The notes under the pieces were generated by a model. It made no database searches. It was given only the letters and a program-made list of their open reading frames with translations, and was not told the origin of the DNA. Shown piece by piece: positions 27,131 to 37,455 of a DNA stretch of 58,234 nucleotides. The translations under genes were made by a program, and so were the position numbers. The stretch comes from Candidatus Moraniibacteriota bacterium (GTDB lineage: Bacteria; Patescibacteriota; Minisyncoccia; Moranbacterales; UBA11712). The stretch's first letter is position 1, and every line of letters begins with the position of its first letter. Where the stretch lies: positions 1-58,234 of the forward strand of contig JAUXSN010000055.1 in assembly GCA_030679895.1 (NCBI GenBank). Reading direction: 5' to 3'.

Positions 27131-28664
27131 TGCCGTACACTTCTTTATACTCTTCGATCGCTTTCTTGAGCGCGCTTTCCACTTCTTCCGTCAACTCTTT
27201 CTTCTCTTTGATCATCGCCAAAACGTCGCTCTTCATTTCTTTTATATATTCATGAAATTCTTTTTCCCATTTCTGGACATTTTCCACCGGCACATCGTCG
27301 AGATATCCGCTGGTCAAGGCGTATAAGATCGCCACCTGCTGCGCAACCGGCATCGGAACATATTGATCCTGCTTCAAAACCTCGACTGTCCGCTGGCCGC
27401 GCTCGATCTGTTTTCGTGTCGCTTCGTCAAGATCCGATCCAAATTGCGCAAAAGCCTCAAGTTCCCTGAACTGCGCAAGATCCAGCCGCAATTTCCCGGC
27501 CACCTTCTTCATTGCCTTGATCTGCGCGGCTGATCCTACCCGGGAGACGGAAAGACCGACGTTCAAGGCCGGTCGGATACCTTTATAGAACAGATCGGAT
27601 TCAAGATAGATCTGTCCGTCCGTGATGGAAATGACATTAGTCGGAATATATGCCGATACGTCGCCCGCTTGGGTTTCAATAATGGGAAGCGCGGTGATCG
27701 ATCCCCCGCCGAAATCTTTGGAAAGTTTTGCGCTGCGCTCCAAAAGCCTTGAATGGAGATAGAAAATATCTCCCGGATAAGCTTCCCGTCCCGGAGGACG
27801 CTTGAGAAGAAGCGACACTTGCCGGTACGCCCAGGCGTGTTTTGAAAGATCGTCATAAATAACGAGCACGTCCTTCCCTTGATCCATAAAATATTCTCCG
27901 ATGGCGCAACCCGCGTACGGCGCGATGAACGAAAGCGCGGCCGGATCAGATGCCCCAGCCACAACAACGATGGTATGGCTCATTGCTTCCCGCTTTTCAA
28001 GTTCGGCCACTATGCGCGCCACTTTTGATTCCTTTTGCCCGATAGCGACATAAATGCAAATGACATCTTCCGTTTTTTGGTTGATGATGGCGTCAATCGC
28101 CAGCGCCGTTTTCCCCGTTTGGCGGTCGCCGATGATGAGTTCTCGCTGTCCCCGTCCGATCGGAATCACTGAATCAATAGCCTTTATTCCGGTCTGGAGC
28201 GGCTGTTTCACCGACTCGCGCTCGATTACCCCCGCCGCGATTTTTTCGACCGGGTAAAACTTATCCGTTCTTATGTCTCCTTTTCCATCGACAGCCTGCC
28301 CAAGCGGATTCACCACTCGACCGATCATCGCTTCCCCTACGGGTACCGACAAAATTTTTCCGGTTGATTTCACCGTATCGCCTTCTTTTATTTTTTCATA
28401 TTCGCCCAAAATCATCACTCCGACTTGGTCTTCCTCTAAGTTTAAGGCAACACCAAAAACGGATTCGTTATTTTTTGTGTCAGTATTCGTTTTATTCGTG
28501 TTTACAAACTCCAGCATTTCACTCGCCATTGCGTCCGAAAGTCCGGAAACGCGCGCGATCCCGTCACCCACCTCGATCACGCGACCGACTTTCTCGGTCT
28601 TTGTTTCGGCTTTGAAATCTTCTATCTGTTTTTTTAGGGTCTCTACAATAAAATCTTTTGACAT
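27120..28664 (-). CDS. atpA: ATP synthase alpha subunit
   Basis: [18 protein letters not shown]-like [34 protein letters not shown]. Confidence 0.98.
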   Translation of the reverse strand: MSKDFIVETLKKQIEDFKAETKTEKVGRVIEVGDGIARVSGLSDAMASEMLEFVNTNKTNTDTKNNESVFGVALNLEEDQVGVMILGEYEKIKEGDTVKSTGKILSVPVGEAMIGRVVNPLGQAVDGKGDIRTDKFYPVEKIAAGVIERESVKQPLQTGIKAIDSVIPIGRGQRELIIGDRQTGKTALAIDAIINQKTEDVICIYVAIGQKESKVARIVAELEKREAMSHTIVVVAGASDPAALSFIAPYAGCAIGEYFMDQGKDVLVIYDDLSKHAWAYRQVSLLLKRPPGREAYPGDIFYLHSRLLERSAKLSKDFGGGSITALPIIETQAGDVSAYIPTNVISITDGQIYLESDLFYKGIRPALNVGLSVSRVGSAAQIKAMKKVAGKLRLDLAQFRELEAFAQFGSDLDEATRKQIERGQRTVEVLKQDQYVPMPVAQQVAILYALTSGYLDDVPVENVQKWEKEFHEYIKEMKSDVLAMIKEKKELTEEVESALKKAIEEYKEVYGNDQ

Positions 28665-28680
28665 AATTTATAATTTGAAA

Positions 28681-29082
28681 TTATTTAACCAATATTTTTT
28701 TTAATTCCGATAATCTTCCGGAAATGCTTGAGTCCATAACTTCATCTCCGACTTTTAATATTATTCCTCCTTTAAGCCCCTCGTCAACCATAATCACGAG
28801 CTCCGCCTCTTCTGCTTTATATTTTTTCTTAATGAATCCTTTTATCTCTTTCGTCATTTCTTCACTCAAATTTTTTGCGCCTGTCACTTCGGCTCTGACA
28901 ATGCTGTGCCGCTTGTTGTAAATCTCGGAAAATTGCTCGATTATTTTCCCCGTCAACTTTAGCTTTCTATTTCTATATATGTACCGCGCAAAATCAGTAG
29001 CCGCTTTTTCAGTTTCGGCTTTGGGTTTGCCATCGGTGAGGTCATAGAGAGTTTGGGCGTATTGTTTAGCGGTAATTTTCAT
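28681..29082 (-). CDS. atpH: ATP synthase delta subunit (short form)
   Basis: AKQYAQ.L, GGIILKVGDEVMDSS..GRL; position in operon. Confidence 0.88.
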   Translation of the reverse strand: MKITAKQYAQTLYDLTDGKPKAETEKAATDFARYIYRNRKLKLTGKIIEQFSEIYNKRHSIVRAEVTGAKNLSEEMTKEIKGFIKKKYKAEEAELVIMVDEGLKGGIILKVGDEVMDSSISGRLSELKKILVK

Positions 29083-29567
29083 ATCAAGCTTTTCCCAATT
29101 ATTTCCTTATCCTTTTTCTCATCAATTTTCTCGTTTATTATCTTCTCCGCCGCCGCCACAACCAAGCTTCCGATTTCCGATTTTACTTCGGTTATCATCT
29201 TATTTTTTTCCAGCTCGATCTGATCTTTGGCGTTGGCGATGATTTTCTCTGCCTGCGTTTTGGCCTCGGCCGCAATTTCGGATTTGCTTTTTTCGGCTTG
29301 CACATAGGATTTTTCGACGATATCCTTGGCTTCAATGCGCGCTTTTCGGAGAATCTCCTTTTGCATATCGGCGCTTTCAGCCAGTTTTTTATGCGCTTCA
29401 TCGGCATCCTTAAGGCCCTTTTCAATCTTTTTCTGGCGTTTATCAAGCATCGCAAGAACCGGACCATAAGCGAATTTATACAGGACAAAAAGAAGAACCA
29501 AAAAATTGACAATCTGGGCAATGAGTAATTTCCAGTCTATTCCTAGTTTTGATAATAATTCGGACAT
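29079..29567 (-). CDS. atpF: ATP synthase b subunit
   Basis: LIAQIVNFLVLLFVLYKF, coiled coil. Confidence 0.93.
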   Translation of the reverse strand: MSELLSKLGIDWKLLIAQIVNFLVLLFVLYKFAYGPVLAMLDKRQKKIEKGLKDADEAHKKLAESADMQKEILRKARIEAKDIVEKSYVQAEKSKSEIAAEAKTQAEKIIANAKDQIELEKNKMITEVKSEIGSLVVAAAEKIINEKIDEKKDKEIIGKSLI

Positions 29568-29585
29568 AGTATTTTTAGTTCAAAG

Positions 29586-29682
29586 CTCAAAATTCAAAGC
29601 GCAAAGCCACAGTGTAAAGCGTAAAGTTTTTTAGTTTTTAGCTTTGAGTTGTGGTTTTGAGTTTTGCGCTTTGCGTTTTGCG
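29586..29682. repeat. 97-bp heptamer-derived inverted-repeat element, copy B (after atpE)
   Basis: Near identical to 24009-24105. Confidence 0.9.
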
Positions 29683-29689
29683 CTTGAAA

Positions 29690-30180
<491 letters not shown>

Positions 30181-30182
30181 CG

Positions 30183-30935
30183 CTAGTGCGCCGCTTCTGT
30201 CGCCGCCATCTTGAAAAAAACCAGTGTCAGCATTGCAAATACGAGAGCTTGGATAAACCCGACAAACAGTTCGAGAAACAAAAACGGCAGAGGAACAAAA
30301 TACGGAACCAGAAATAGCATAACAGTGAGCAGTACCTCTCCCGCGAAAATATTCCCGAAGAGCCGGAAGGAAAACGAAATGAGTTTGGCGAATTCCGAAA
30401 TGAGCTCGAGAAGCCCAACAAAAGTTCCGACGAGATATGGCTTATGCAACGGGCTCACGAAAAACTTTCCCGCGTATTTCCTGAATCCGATCATTGCGAT
30501 CCCGAGGACTTGGGCGCTTATCACGCTTACCAACGCCAGGGCCAGCGTCAAGTTGAGGTCGGCCGCGCCGCTACGGATAAAGGGAACAAGGACTTGTTTT
30601 CCTTCCTCCATTTTGTTGAGACCGATCGTCCCGAGTCCCGGAACCACTTCCACCCAATTGGTGAGGATCACAAAAATAAAAATAGTGGCCACGATCGGAA
30701 AAAATTTTTTCGATTGCTTCCGATCCTGTGTCACGCTGTCCGCCAAATTTAAAAGGGCTTCCAGCACCGATTCGACAATATTTTGAAAGCCCTTAGGCAC
30801 TAAACTAATCCTATTTTTCAGTATATATGACGCGACGATGATAATCAAGCTGATGCAAAAAGTCACCACGAGCGTGTTCGTAACAGGAAAGGATCCGATG
30901 TGAAACAATGATTCAGCGGCAATTGAAATATCCAT
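30183..30935 (-). CDS. atpB: ATP synthase a subunit
   Basis: ADLNLTLALA, SFSFRLFGNIFAGE, ELFVGFIQALVF. Confidence 0.96.
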   Translation of the reverse strand: MDISIAAESLFHIGSFPVTNTLVVTFCISLIIIVASYILKNRISLVPKGFQNIVESVLEALLNLADSVTQDRKQSKKFFPIVATIFIFVILTNWVEVVPGLGTIGLNKMEEGKQVLVPFIRSGAADLNLTLALALVSVISAQVLGIAMIGFRKYAGKFFVSPLHKPYLVGTFVGLLELISEFAKLISFSFRLFGNIFAGEVLLTVMLFLVPYFVPLPFLFLELFVGFIQALVFAMLTLVFFKMAATEAAH

Positions 30936-30946
30936 AATAAAAAATT

Positions 30947-31180
30947 CTACTCTTTCTCAATTATTTCCTTGGTTTTTTTATACACCAGCCAGCTCGTCAC
31001 TCCTATCGAGAGCAAGATTCCAGCAAGGAGCAAAAAGGGAGAAGTTCCCAGTTTTTTGTCCAAAAACCGGCCGGCAAGAGCGAACAAAACTAGCGGCACC
31101 GCAATCGTGTAGCCGAGTTCCCAAGCCAAACCTAATGCTGACCAGGAGCCGTCTGGCTTTTGATTTTTTTCTTTATTCAC
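30947..31180 (-). CDS. AtpZ/AtpI family protein
   Basis: LAWELGYTIAVP...GRFLDKKLGTSP; first gene of the atp operon. Confidence 0.85.
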   Translation of the reverse strand: MNKEKNQKPDGSWSALGLAWELGYTIAVPLVLFALAGRFLDKKLGTSPFLLLAGILLSIGVTSWLVYKKTKEIIEKE

Positions 31181-31247
31181 CCTGTTAGAAATTTTTGATT
31201 ATCGTTCGCCCCGCTAGAACCAAATCGAGCGCTTCTAACAGAGTGAA
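31176..31247. repeat. Inverted repeat CTGTTAGAA / TTCTAACAG in the tatD-atpI spacer
   Basis: ttcaccctgttagaa (31176-31190) vs ttctaacagagtgaa (31233-31247), 1 mismatch. Confidence 0.75.
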
Positions 31248-31279
31248 CATCTATATTTTTACTTAAGCCAAGAAAAATG

Positions 31280-32071
31280 TCAATCCAATCCAAAAAACTC
31301 ATTCGCATTTTCATCCGTTGTTTTTTCCACCTTTTCAATGCTTATTTCCTTTATTTCGGCGATTTTTTCGGCAATATACCGGACATAGGAAGGCTCATTT
31401 CTCTTCCCCCGCGCCTGTTGCGGCGCCAAAAATGGGGAATCCGAGTCAAGCATGGTCCGCTCAAGAGGAATCATCTTCACCGCCTCCGCTAATTTTTCCG
31501 CCCGTTCGATTGGTTTTGGATAAGTGATATTTCCGGAAAAAGAAAAGCAAACATTCGGCAGTTCCAAAAACTTTTCAGTATCCTTTTTTTCTCCGCTGTA
31601 GCAGTGAAGAACAAACCTGATATTTTTTTCGCTTTGTATCATTTCAAAAAGATCGTTCCACGCTTCCCGGCAATGCATAACCACCGGCAATCCTGCCTCA
31701 TCTGCGATCTTAAGCTGCTTTTTAAATAATGTTTTCTGCTGCTTAATTTGTTCCGGATCTTTGTAATTAAAATAATCAAGGCCTATCTCTCCTATCGCCT
31801 TGACCTTTTTATGCGTCGCTAATTTTTTTAATTCTTCAATATCATCATTTGTCGGCAGCGATAATTTTTCACCCGCACGATGCGGGTGAAAACCAACCGC
31901 CGCAAAAATTTTTTCGTGATTCTCGGCCAGCTCAATGCTTTTTTCGCTTGTCTCAAGATCCACCCCGATATTCACGATGGCCTTTCCTCCATTTTCAAAA
32001 AACCGCGCTATCACCTCTTCGCGGTCTTTGTCGAATTCCGGAAAATCAAGATGAGCGTGGGTGTCGATCAT
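31280..32071 (-). CDS. tatD: TatD family DNase
   Basis: IDTHAHL, GEIGLDY, MHCR, LHCYSG, DSDSPFLAP...RGKRNEP. Confidence 0.95.
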   Translation of the reverse strand: MIDTHAHLDFPEFDKDREEVIARFFENGGKAIVNIGVDLETSEKSIELAENHEKIFAAVGFHPHRAGEKLSLPTNDDIEELKKLATHKKVKAIGEIGLDYFNYKDPEQIKQQKTLFKKQLKIADEAGLPVVMHCREAWNDLFEMIQSEKNIRFVLHCYSGEKKDTEKFLELPNVCFSFSGNITYPKPIERAEKLAEAVKMIPLERTMLDSDSPFLAPQQARGKRNEPSYVRYIAEKIAEIKEISIEKVEKTTDENANEFFGLD

Positions 32072-32118
32072 AAAAAGTGAAAAGTGAAAAGTGAAAAATT
32101 ACAATGTAAAATTAAAAT

Positions 32119-33570
32119 TTATTTTACGCGTGGAAATAAGCCGTCTGTTTTTTTCATTTCAAAAGCTTCTTTTATTTTTTTCGAAGTATCAGGCATGATT
32201 GGCTTTAAACAATATGCAACAAATAAAATATCCTCCAACAACCTCCTCATAACTTTTTCAAACTCCGGCTGATTTACTTTTGCTAATTCCCAAGGCTTCT
32301 TTTCTTCGATGTATAAATTGCTTTTTCTGACAAAATTATCCCACAAATATCTCAAACCCATATCAAATTTAAGATCGACTACCCATTCGTTAAAATTCTC
32401 ATCTTTTTTGTATAAATGATTACCCGTGTTTACCAACTTTTTTTCTATATCTAATTCTGGCAAAACAGCTAATTTTTCGGACATCTTTAAGACTCGCGAC
32501 AAGAGGTTCCCCAGCCCGTTTGCCAGATCCGCGTTGTATTTTTCAACCATCCGTTCCATAGTCATATCAACATCTTCGCCAAAAGTGCCCGCACTCATAA
32601 GAAGATACCTTGTTCCGTCTATGCCGAATTTTTCAAGCATCTCATCAATTGAAATCGCGTTTCCCAGAGTTTTGCTCATTTTCCTTCCACCGGAACGGAT
32701 ATGGCCATGGGCGAAAAGCAATTTCGGCAACGGAATATCAAGATGCATGAGCATAATCGGCCAGATTGTCGCGTGCACCCGCAAAATATCTTTTCCGATT
32801 AGATGGACATCTGCCGGCCACTGCGGAGGTAATTTTTCCGCGTTTCCTTCCCACCCCAACCCGGTGAGATAATTCAAAAACGCATCCGCCCAGACATAGG
32901 TTGTGTGTTCTTTGTCAAACGGCAAAGTTATGCCCCAGGAAACGTTTTTTCGGGAAATAGAAACATCCCGAAGCTCCTGACCTTCCAGAAAAGATAGGAT
33001 TTCTTTTTTGTATTTAACCGGCGCTATTTTAAACTCATCGCTCTCTATTTTTTCAATAAGTCTTTTTTGAACATCCCCCGACATTTTGAGAAGGTAGCAT
33101 TCTTCTTTCACTTTCTCAACGACAATATCGTGGTCGGGACATCTTCCGTCAACCAGATCCTTTTCGTTCTTAAACTGCTCGCAGGCCACGCAATAATAGC
33201 CCTCGTATTCCCCTTTGTATATCGCGCCCTTGTCAAAAAGTGTCTGCAACGCTTTCTGAACGGCAGCCTTATGCTTTTCATCCGTCGTTCGAATAAAATT
33301 ATCATATTTTATGTTCAATTTCTCCCAATAATTCTTGAACTCCTCTGATATTTCATCAGCAAAAATTTGCGGATCCTTTTTCGCATCCTCCGCTTTTTTT
33401 TGGATATTGAGCCCGTGCTCATCCGTCCCCGTCAGAAAAAAAACGTCTTCGCTCTGCGATTTATGAAACCGCGCCAACACATCAGCGGCAATCGTCGTAT
33501 ACGCATGCCCGATATGCGGCTTCGCGTTGACGTAATAGATGGGAGTGGTGATGAAAAACTTTTTTTTCAT
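32119..33570 (-). CDS. metG: Methionine--tRNA ligase (short form, no C-terminal tRNA-binding domain)
   Basis: TTPIYYVNAKPHIGH, GTDEHG, KMSKT, LFPR end; start taken at MKKKFF. Confidence 0.96.
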   Translation of the reverse strand: MKKKFFITTPIYYVNAKPHIGHAYTTIAADVLARFHKSQSEDVFFLTGTDEHGLNIQKKAEDAKKDPQIFADEISEEFKNYWEKLNIKYDNFIRTTDEKHKAAVQKALQTLFDKGAIYKGEYEGYYCVACEQFKNEKDLVDGRCPDHDIVVEKVKEECYLLKMSGDVQKRLIEKIESDEFKIAPVKYKKEILSFLEGQELRDVSISRKNVSWGITLPFDKEHTTYVWADAFLNYLTGLGWEGNAEKLPPQWPADVHLIGKDILRVHATIWPIMLMHLDIPLPKLLFAHGHIRSGGRKMSKTLGNAISIDEMLEKFGIDGTRYLLMSAGTFGEDVDMTMERMVEKYNADLANGLGNLLSRVLKMSEKLAVLPELDIEKKLVNTGNHLYKKDENFNEWVVDLKFDMGLRYLWDNFVRKSNLYIEEKKPWELAKVNQPEFEKVMRRLLEDILFVAYCLKPIMPDTSKKIKEAFEMKKTDGLFPRVK

Positions 33571-33601
33571 AAACATGAAAGTTAATGCATACTGATTAGA
33601 C

Positions 33602-33895
33602 TTAGAATTGAGATGCTGAATCACGACTTACTAAAGAATTTATAGATACGTAAAAAAATATCACTAAAATTGAAATAATTAACATTACAATAGAGATAAT
33701 TATAAGTTTTTTTCTTTTTATTTTTGTAAAGAAAAATAGAATTAAATAGCCAATCAAGGTTAGAGCTGATCCGGAAAGCAGAAATAAAAAAAACCATAGT
33801 ATTGCATCTTTCATTGTTTGTTCGCTTTCTGGCTGAACACTGGCCAATGTAGACAGCGGCACTAAAAAAACTGCTAAACTAATTATTTTTTTCAT
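33602..33895 (-). CDS. Small AT-rich membrane protein
   Basis: 97 aa, signal-like N-terminus plus two hydrophobic segments. Confidence 0.55.
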   Translation of the reverse strand: MKKIISLAVFLVPLSTLASVQPESEQTMKDAILWFFLFLLSGSALTLIGYLILFFFTKIKRKKLIIISIVMLIISILVIFFYVSINSLVSRDSASQF

Positions 33896-33913
33896 TTTTA
33901 TGTTTTATAAAAA

Positions 33914-34597
33914 TTAATGCACGATTATCACAAATTCTCCTTTTATTCTTCCCTCTTTTCCTTCAAAATGTTTCCTGATCTCTCCAATCTCCCCTCGCTG
34001 AATTTCTTCGAACATTTTCGTCAGTTCCCGCCCTACTATCAGTTTAGCATCTGGCTTGAATTTTGAAAGAAGCTCCAAGTTTTTCAAAACCCGGTGCGGG
34101 GACTCAAAATAGATGACCGGATATTTGCTTTCCGCCACTCCGCGGAAAAAAGTTTCCCGTCCTTTCTTGTGCGGCGGAAAACCAAGAAAACAAAATTTAC
34201 TCATATTGATCCCCGCCACGCTCGCCAACGCCGTCAACGCCGACGCGCCCGGAATCGGAACAATTTCAACATTTTTAAGGTTTAGCCTTAAAAATACAAT
34301 CAGCTCGTTTCCGGGATCTGATATCCCCGGCGTTCCGGCGTCGGAAACCAGCGCCAGATTTTTTCCATTCTCGAGATGCTCGACAATTTTCTCCACTCTT
34401 GAGAGCTTGCTGTGATGGTGATATGATAAAAGGGGTTTTTGAATTTCGTAGCGGTCGAGAAGCTTTTTCGTCACCCGCGTGTCCTCGCATAAAATCAAAT
34501 CGACTTCTTTGAGAACACGCAAAGCGCGCAAAGTGATATCTTCAAGGTTTCCGATGGGGGTGGCAACGATGTAAAATTTTCCTATATTATTAACCAT
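33914..34597 (-). CDS. rsmI: 16S rRNA C1402 2'-O-methyltransferase
   Basis: YIVATPIGNLEDITLRAL, SDAGTPGISDPG, FESPHR, RELTKMFEE, KGEFV. Confidence 0.96.
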   Translation of the reverse strand: MVNNIGKFYIVATPIGNLEDITLRALRVLKEVDLILCEDTRVTKKLLDRYEIQKPLLSYHHHSKLSRVEKIVEHLENGKNLALVSDAGTPGISDPGNELIVFLRLNLKNVEIVPIPGASALTALASVAGINMSKFCFLGFPPHKKGRETFFRGVAESKYPVIYFESPHRVLKNLELLSKFKPDAKLIVGRELTKMFEEIQRGEIGEIRKHFEGKEGRIKGEFVIIVH

Positions 34598-34617
34598 CTT
34601 AAGATTCCTAGAAACTT

Positions 34618-35079
34618 ATGATTTTAACCACCCACATTCTCTCCGGTGCAGTTCTTGGCGCGAATATCCAAAATCCATACGCTGTCGCAGGACTCTCAAT
34701 CGCGCTTCATTTCCTGCTCGATCTTTTCCCTCATGGCGACTATCTGAACAAAAAATCAGGCCTCCGGGAATTTTGGAAAGTGGCGATCGACCTTGCCATC
34801 GGCTTTTCCCTCATCGCCGCCATATTATTTTGTCGAGGTTTCACCTCAACCGGAGGCCTGCAAAATATAGCTATTGGGATATTTTTTTCTTTACTTCCCG
34901 ACGGAACAACATTTTTGCATATCTGGATGAAAATGAAATTTCTGAAGCCCGTGAAAGATTTCCACGAAAGCCTTCACCGCCATGAAAATGGATCGCCCGA
35001 GCGCCAGTTCCGCCTCAAAAATAACCTCTGGGATATCTTGTTTTCCCTCATCTTTTTCATCCTGATTGCCCTTCGCTAA
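34618..35079 (+). CDS. Membrane protein, possibly a metal-dependent hydrolase
   Basis: THILSGA, HFLLDLFPH, LLPD, HESLH; several TMs. Confidence 0.65.
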   Translation: MILTTHILSGAVLGANIQNPYAVAGLSIALHFLLDLFPHGDYLNKKSGLREFWKVAIDLAIGFSLIAAILFCRGFTSTGGLQNIAIGIFFSLLPDGTTFLHIWMKMKFLKPVKDFHESLHRHENGSPERQFRLKNNLWDILFSLIFFILIALR

Positions 35080-36094
35080 CTTCTTCCCTTTTTGTCAGAT
35101 CTTTCACCACTTCCCCAATCACTGTCGCAATCGGAACCGCGATAATAATTCCCATTACTCCCCCGAGCTTGGCGCCGATCATAAGCGCCAAAATGACAAT
35201 CACGGGATTAAGTCCCACCGCTTTTTTCATGACCAGCGGGGTAAGAACATATCCTTCAAGCTGTTGGACCAAAACGAAAAGCCCGAGAGCCAAAAGTCCG
35301 GTGAGGGGACCGTGCAAAAAACTGATAGCTACGGCAATGACAGCCGAAATGACCGGTCCGATATAGGGAACAATTTCCAAAATCCCCGCAATGAGCGCCA
35401 AAACCAGCGCGTACGGCGCGCCGATGAGAAGCAGCCCCACGTAATCAAGAATGAAAATAATAAACATCAGGAAAATTTGCCCCTGAAGCCACCTGCCCAT
35501 TTTGAATTGGATCCGGTCGACAAGCCCCGTCATGTATTCGCGGTGCTCCTCCGGCATAAGGGACGCAAAAAATTTCTTGATCCCCTTTTCCTGGACGGAC
35601 ATATAGAAAGCGATGGAAAGCACGACGACGAATGAAAAAATTCCGCCGATAAAGGAAACTGTTCCACTGAAAATGCTCGAGCCGGCCTGGGATATTTTCC
35701 CGGAAATATTTTCCGTGAAGTTGCTGACGTTCTGCTGAAGATTGTGCGATGCGGCATAATCGCGGATAATCCGAAAGTATCCGGAAAACTTTTCAACGAG
35801 GCTCGGGAAACTTTCTCCCAGCCCGCGGATTTCATTTGAAAGCGGCGGGACAAGGAGACCGATCGCCGATCCTAAAACGGAGAGAAAGAGAACATAAACC
35901 ACTAGCACAGTGAGCGCTCTCGGAACCTTCCTTTTCCGGAACCAGTCCACAATCGGATCAATGGCGCTTACGATTATGACGGCGATAAAAACCAGCGCCA
36001 AAATATCGCGGACGAGATAAAGAAACCAGAGAAGAAGCAGGATAAAGATAGCGCGAAGAATCGTACTGGACGAGATGTCGATGGATCTGTTCAT
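35057..36094 (-). CDS. AI-2E family transporter
   Basis: GRWLQGQ, EIVPYIGP, QQLEGYVLTPLVM, LNPVIVILA. Confidence 0.92.
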   Translation of the reverse strand: MNRSIDISSSTILRAIFILLLLWFLYLVRDILALVFIAVIIVSAIDPIVDWFRKRKVPRALTVLVVYVLFLSVLGSAIGLLVPPLSNEIRGLGESFPSLVEKFSGYFRIIRDYAASHNLQQNVSNFTENISGKISQAGSSIFSGTVSFIGGIFSFVVVLSIAFYMSVQEKGIKKFFASLMPEEHREYMTGLVDRIQFKMGRWLQGQIFLMFIIFILDYVGLLLIGAPYALVLALIAGILEIVPYIGPVISAVIAVAISFLHGPLTGLLALGLFVLVQQLEGYVLTPLVMKKAVGLNPVIVILALMIGAKLGGVMGIIIAVPIATVIGEVVKDLTKREEVSEGQSG

Positions 36095-36148
36095 AAATTT
36101 TGAATTTCGAATGTTTGAGACATTAAATCATTCGAATTTTATTCGAAA

Positions 36149-37423
36149 TTATAATCGCATAATTTTCTCCAAATACTTTTTGTCTTCCCCCGGTCCTATA
36201 ATCGCCAGATTCATTTTGTCTTCCCGAAATATGTCTTTTGCCACTCTTGCAATATCCCCTGCCGTCATCCTGTCAATCTGAAGCATAATTTCTTCCGGCC
36301 TCATTATTTTCTTTCTCATGAGCTCTTGACTTACTAAAAAAGAAGCGATTTCGTCAGTTGCTTCCAGTGACAAAGCCATTCGTCCTTTTAGGTTATCTTT
36401 GGCTTTCTTAAGCTCTTTATCGGACACTTTTTTCTCCCTGATTTTTCGAATTTCCTTCACCGCTGTTCGAATCGCTTTTTCAATCTTCTTTGGATTGATA
36501 TCGACTCCCATTTTCACCGCGAGATAACCCGAATCGCTATAATTTTCATAAGACGCGCTGACATAATAGGCCAGTCCCAAACGTTCGCGAATCGACAAAA
36601 ACAGCCGGCTGCTCATGCTCCCGCCCAAAATGTTCGCGAGAAGCGTCAAAGCGTAACGGTCAGGATGAAACATGCCATAGGCGCGGAATCCCAATATGAT
36701 ATGCGCTTGGTCCGTTTTCTTGTGTTTGATTTTTATCCGCGGAGCTGGCTGTTTTTCAATGACTTTCAATTTCCCGCCATTTTTTTCTTTTTTCATCTTC
36801 GCGAAAACTTTTCCAATTTTCTGAATGACTTCTTTCTCGTCGAATTTTCCGGCTACCGAGATTACTGTATTTCCCGCGGTATAAAAATTATTGAGATGAT
36901 TCAAAAAATCCCGGCGGCTGATCTTTTTTATATTTTCCTCCGTTCCGATTATCTCCCAGCCCGCCGGCTGGTCGCCGTATAAAAGGTCTTCAAACACATC
37001 GCCAATGATCGCGATCGGCGTGTCTTCGTACATTTTTATTTCCTGAATGACGACGCCCCGCTCGCGGTTGATTTCTTTTTCTTCTATTTTGGAATTGAGA
37101 TAAATGTCCGAAACGACATCGAGCGCCAGATCAAAGTGCCTGGCGTCGACTTTCGCGTAGTAAGCGGTCTGCTCTTTCCCGGTAAACGCGTTATATTCCC
37201 CTCCGACCGAATCGAGCGCGGAGGATATGTCCTTCGTCCGCGGCCGCTTTTTTGTCCCCTTGAAAAACATATGTTCCAAGAAATGCGAAATTCCATTCAC
37301 ATCTTTTGTTTCGTATTTCGACCCTACGCCCGCCATCACGATCACCGTCACGGTGCTCGTGTCTTTCATCGGCGCGGTAATGAGCCGCAACCCGTTTTTG
37401 AAAATAGTTTTTTTGAATTGCAT
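36149..37423 (-). CDS. M16 (pitrilysin-family) zinc peptidase
   Basis: GISHFLEHMFFKGT (HxxEH), NAFTG, SSRLF..IRE..GLAY; start taken at MQFKK. Confidence 0.92.
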   Translation of the reverse strand: MQFKKTIFKNGLRLITAPMKDTSTVTVIVMAGVGSKYETKDVNGISHFLEHMFFKGTKKRPRTKDISSALDSVGGEYNAFTGKEQTAYYAKVDARHFDLALDVVSDIYLNSKIEEKEINRERGVVIQEIKMYEDTPIAIIGDVFEDLLYGDQPAGWEIIGTEENIKKISRRDFLNHLNNFYTAGNTVISVAGKFDEKEVIQKIGKVFAKMKKEKNGGKLKVIEKQPAPRIKIKHKKTDQAHIILGFRAYGMFHPDRYALTLLANILGGSMSSRLFLSIRERLGLAYYVSASYENYSDSGYLAVKMGVDINPKKIEKAIRTAVKEIRKIREKKVSDKELKKAKDNLKGRMALSLEATDEIASFLVSQELMRKKIMRPEEIMLQIDRMTAGDIARVAKDIFREDKMNLAIIGPGEDKKYLEKIMRL

Positions 37424-37430
37424 GTATTTC

Positions 37431-37451
37431 ACCTAACATTCGATGTTAGGT
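37431..37451. repeat. Perfect TCG-triloop hairpin at a gene boundary
   Basis: acctaacat-tcg-atgttaggt. Confidence 0.75.
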
Positions 37452-37455
37452 CTCA

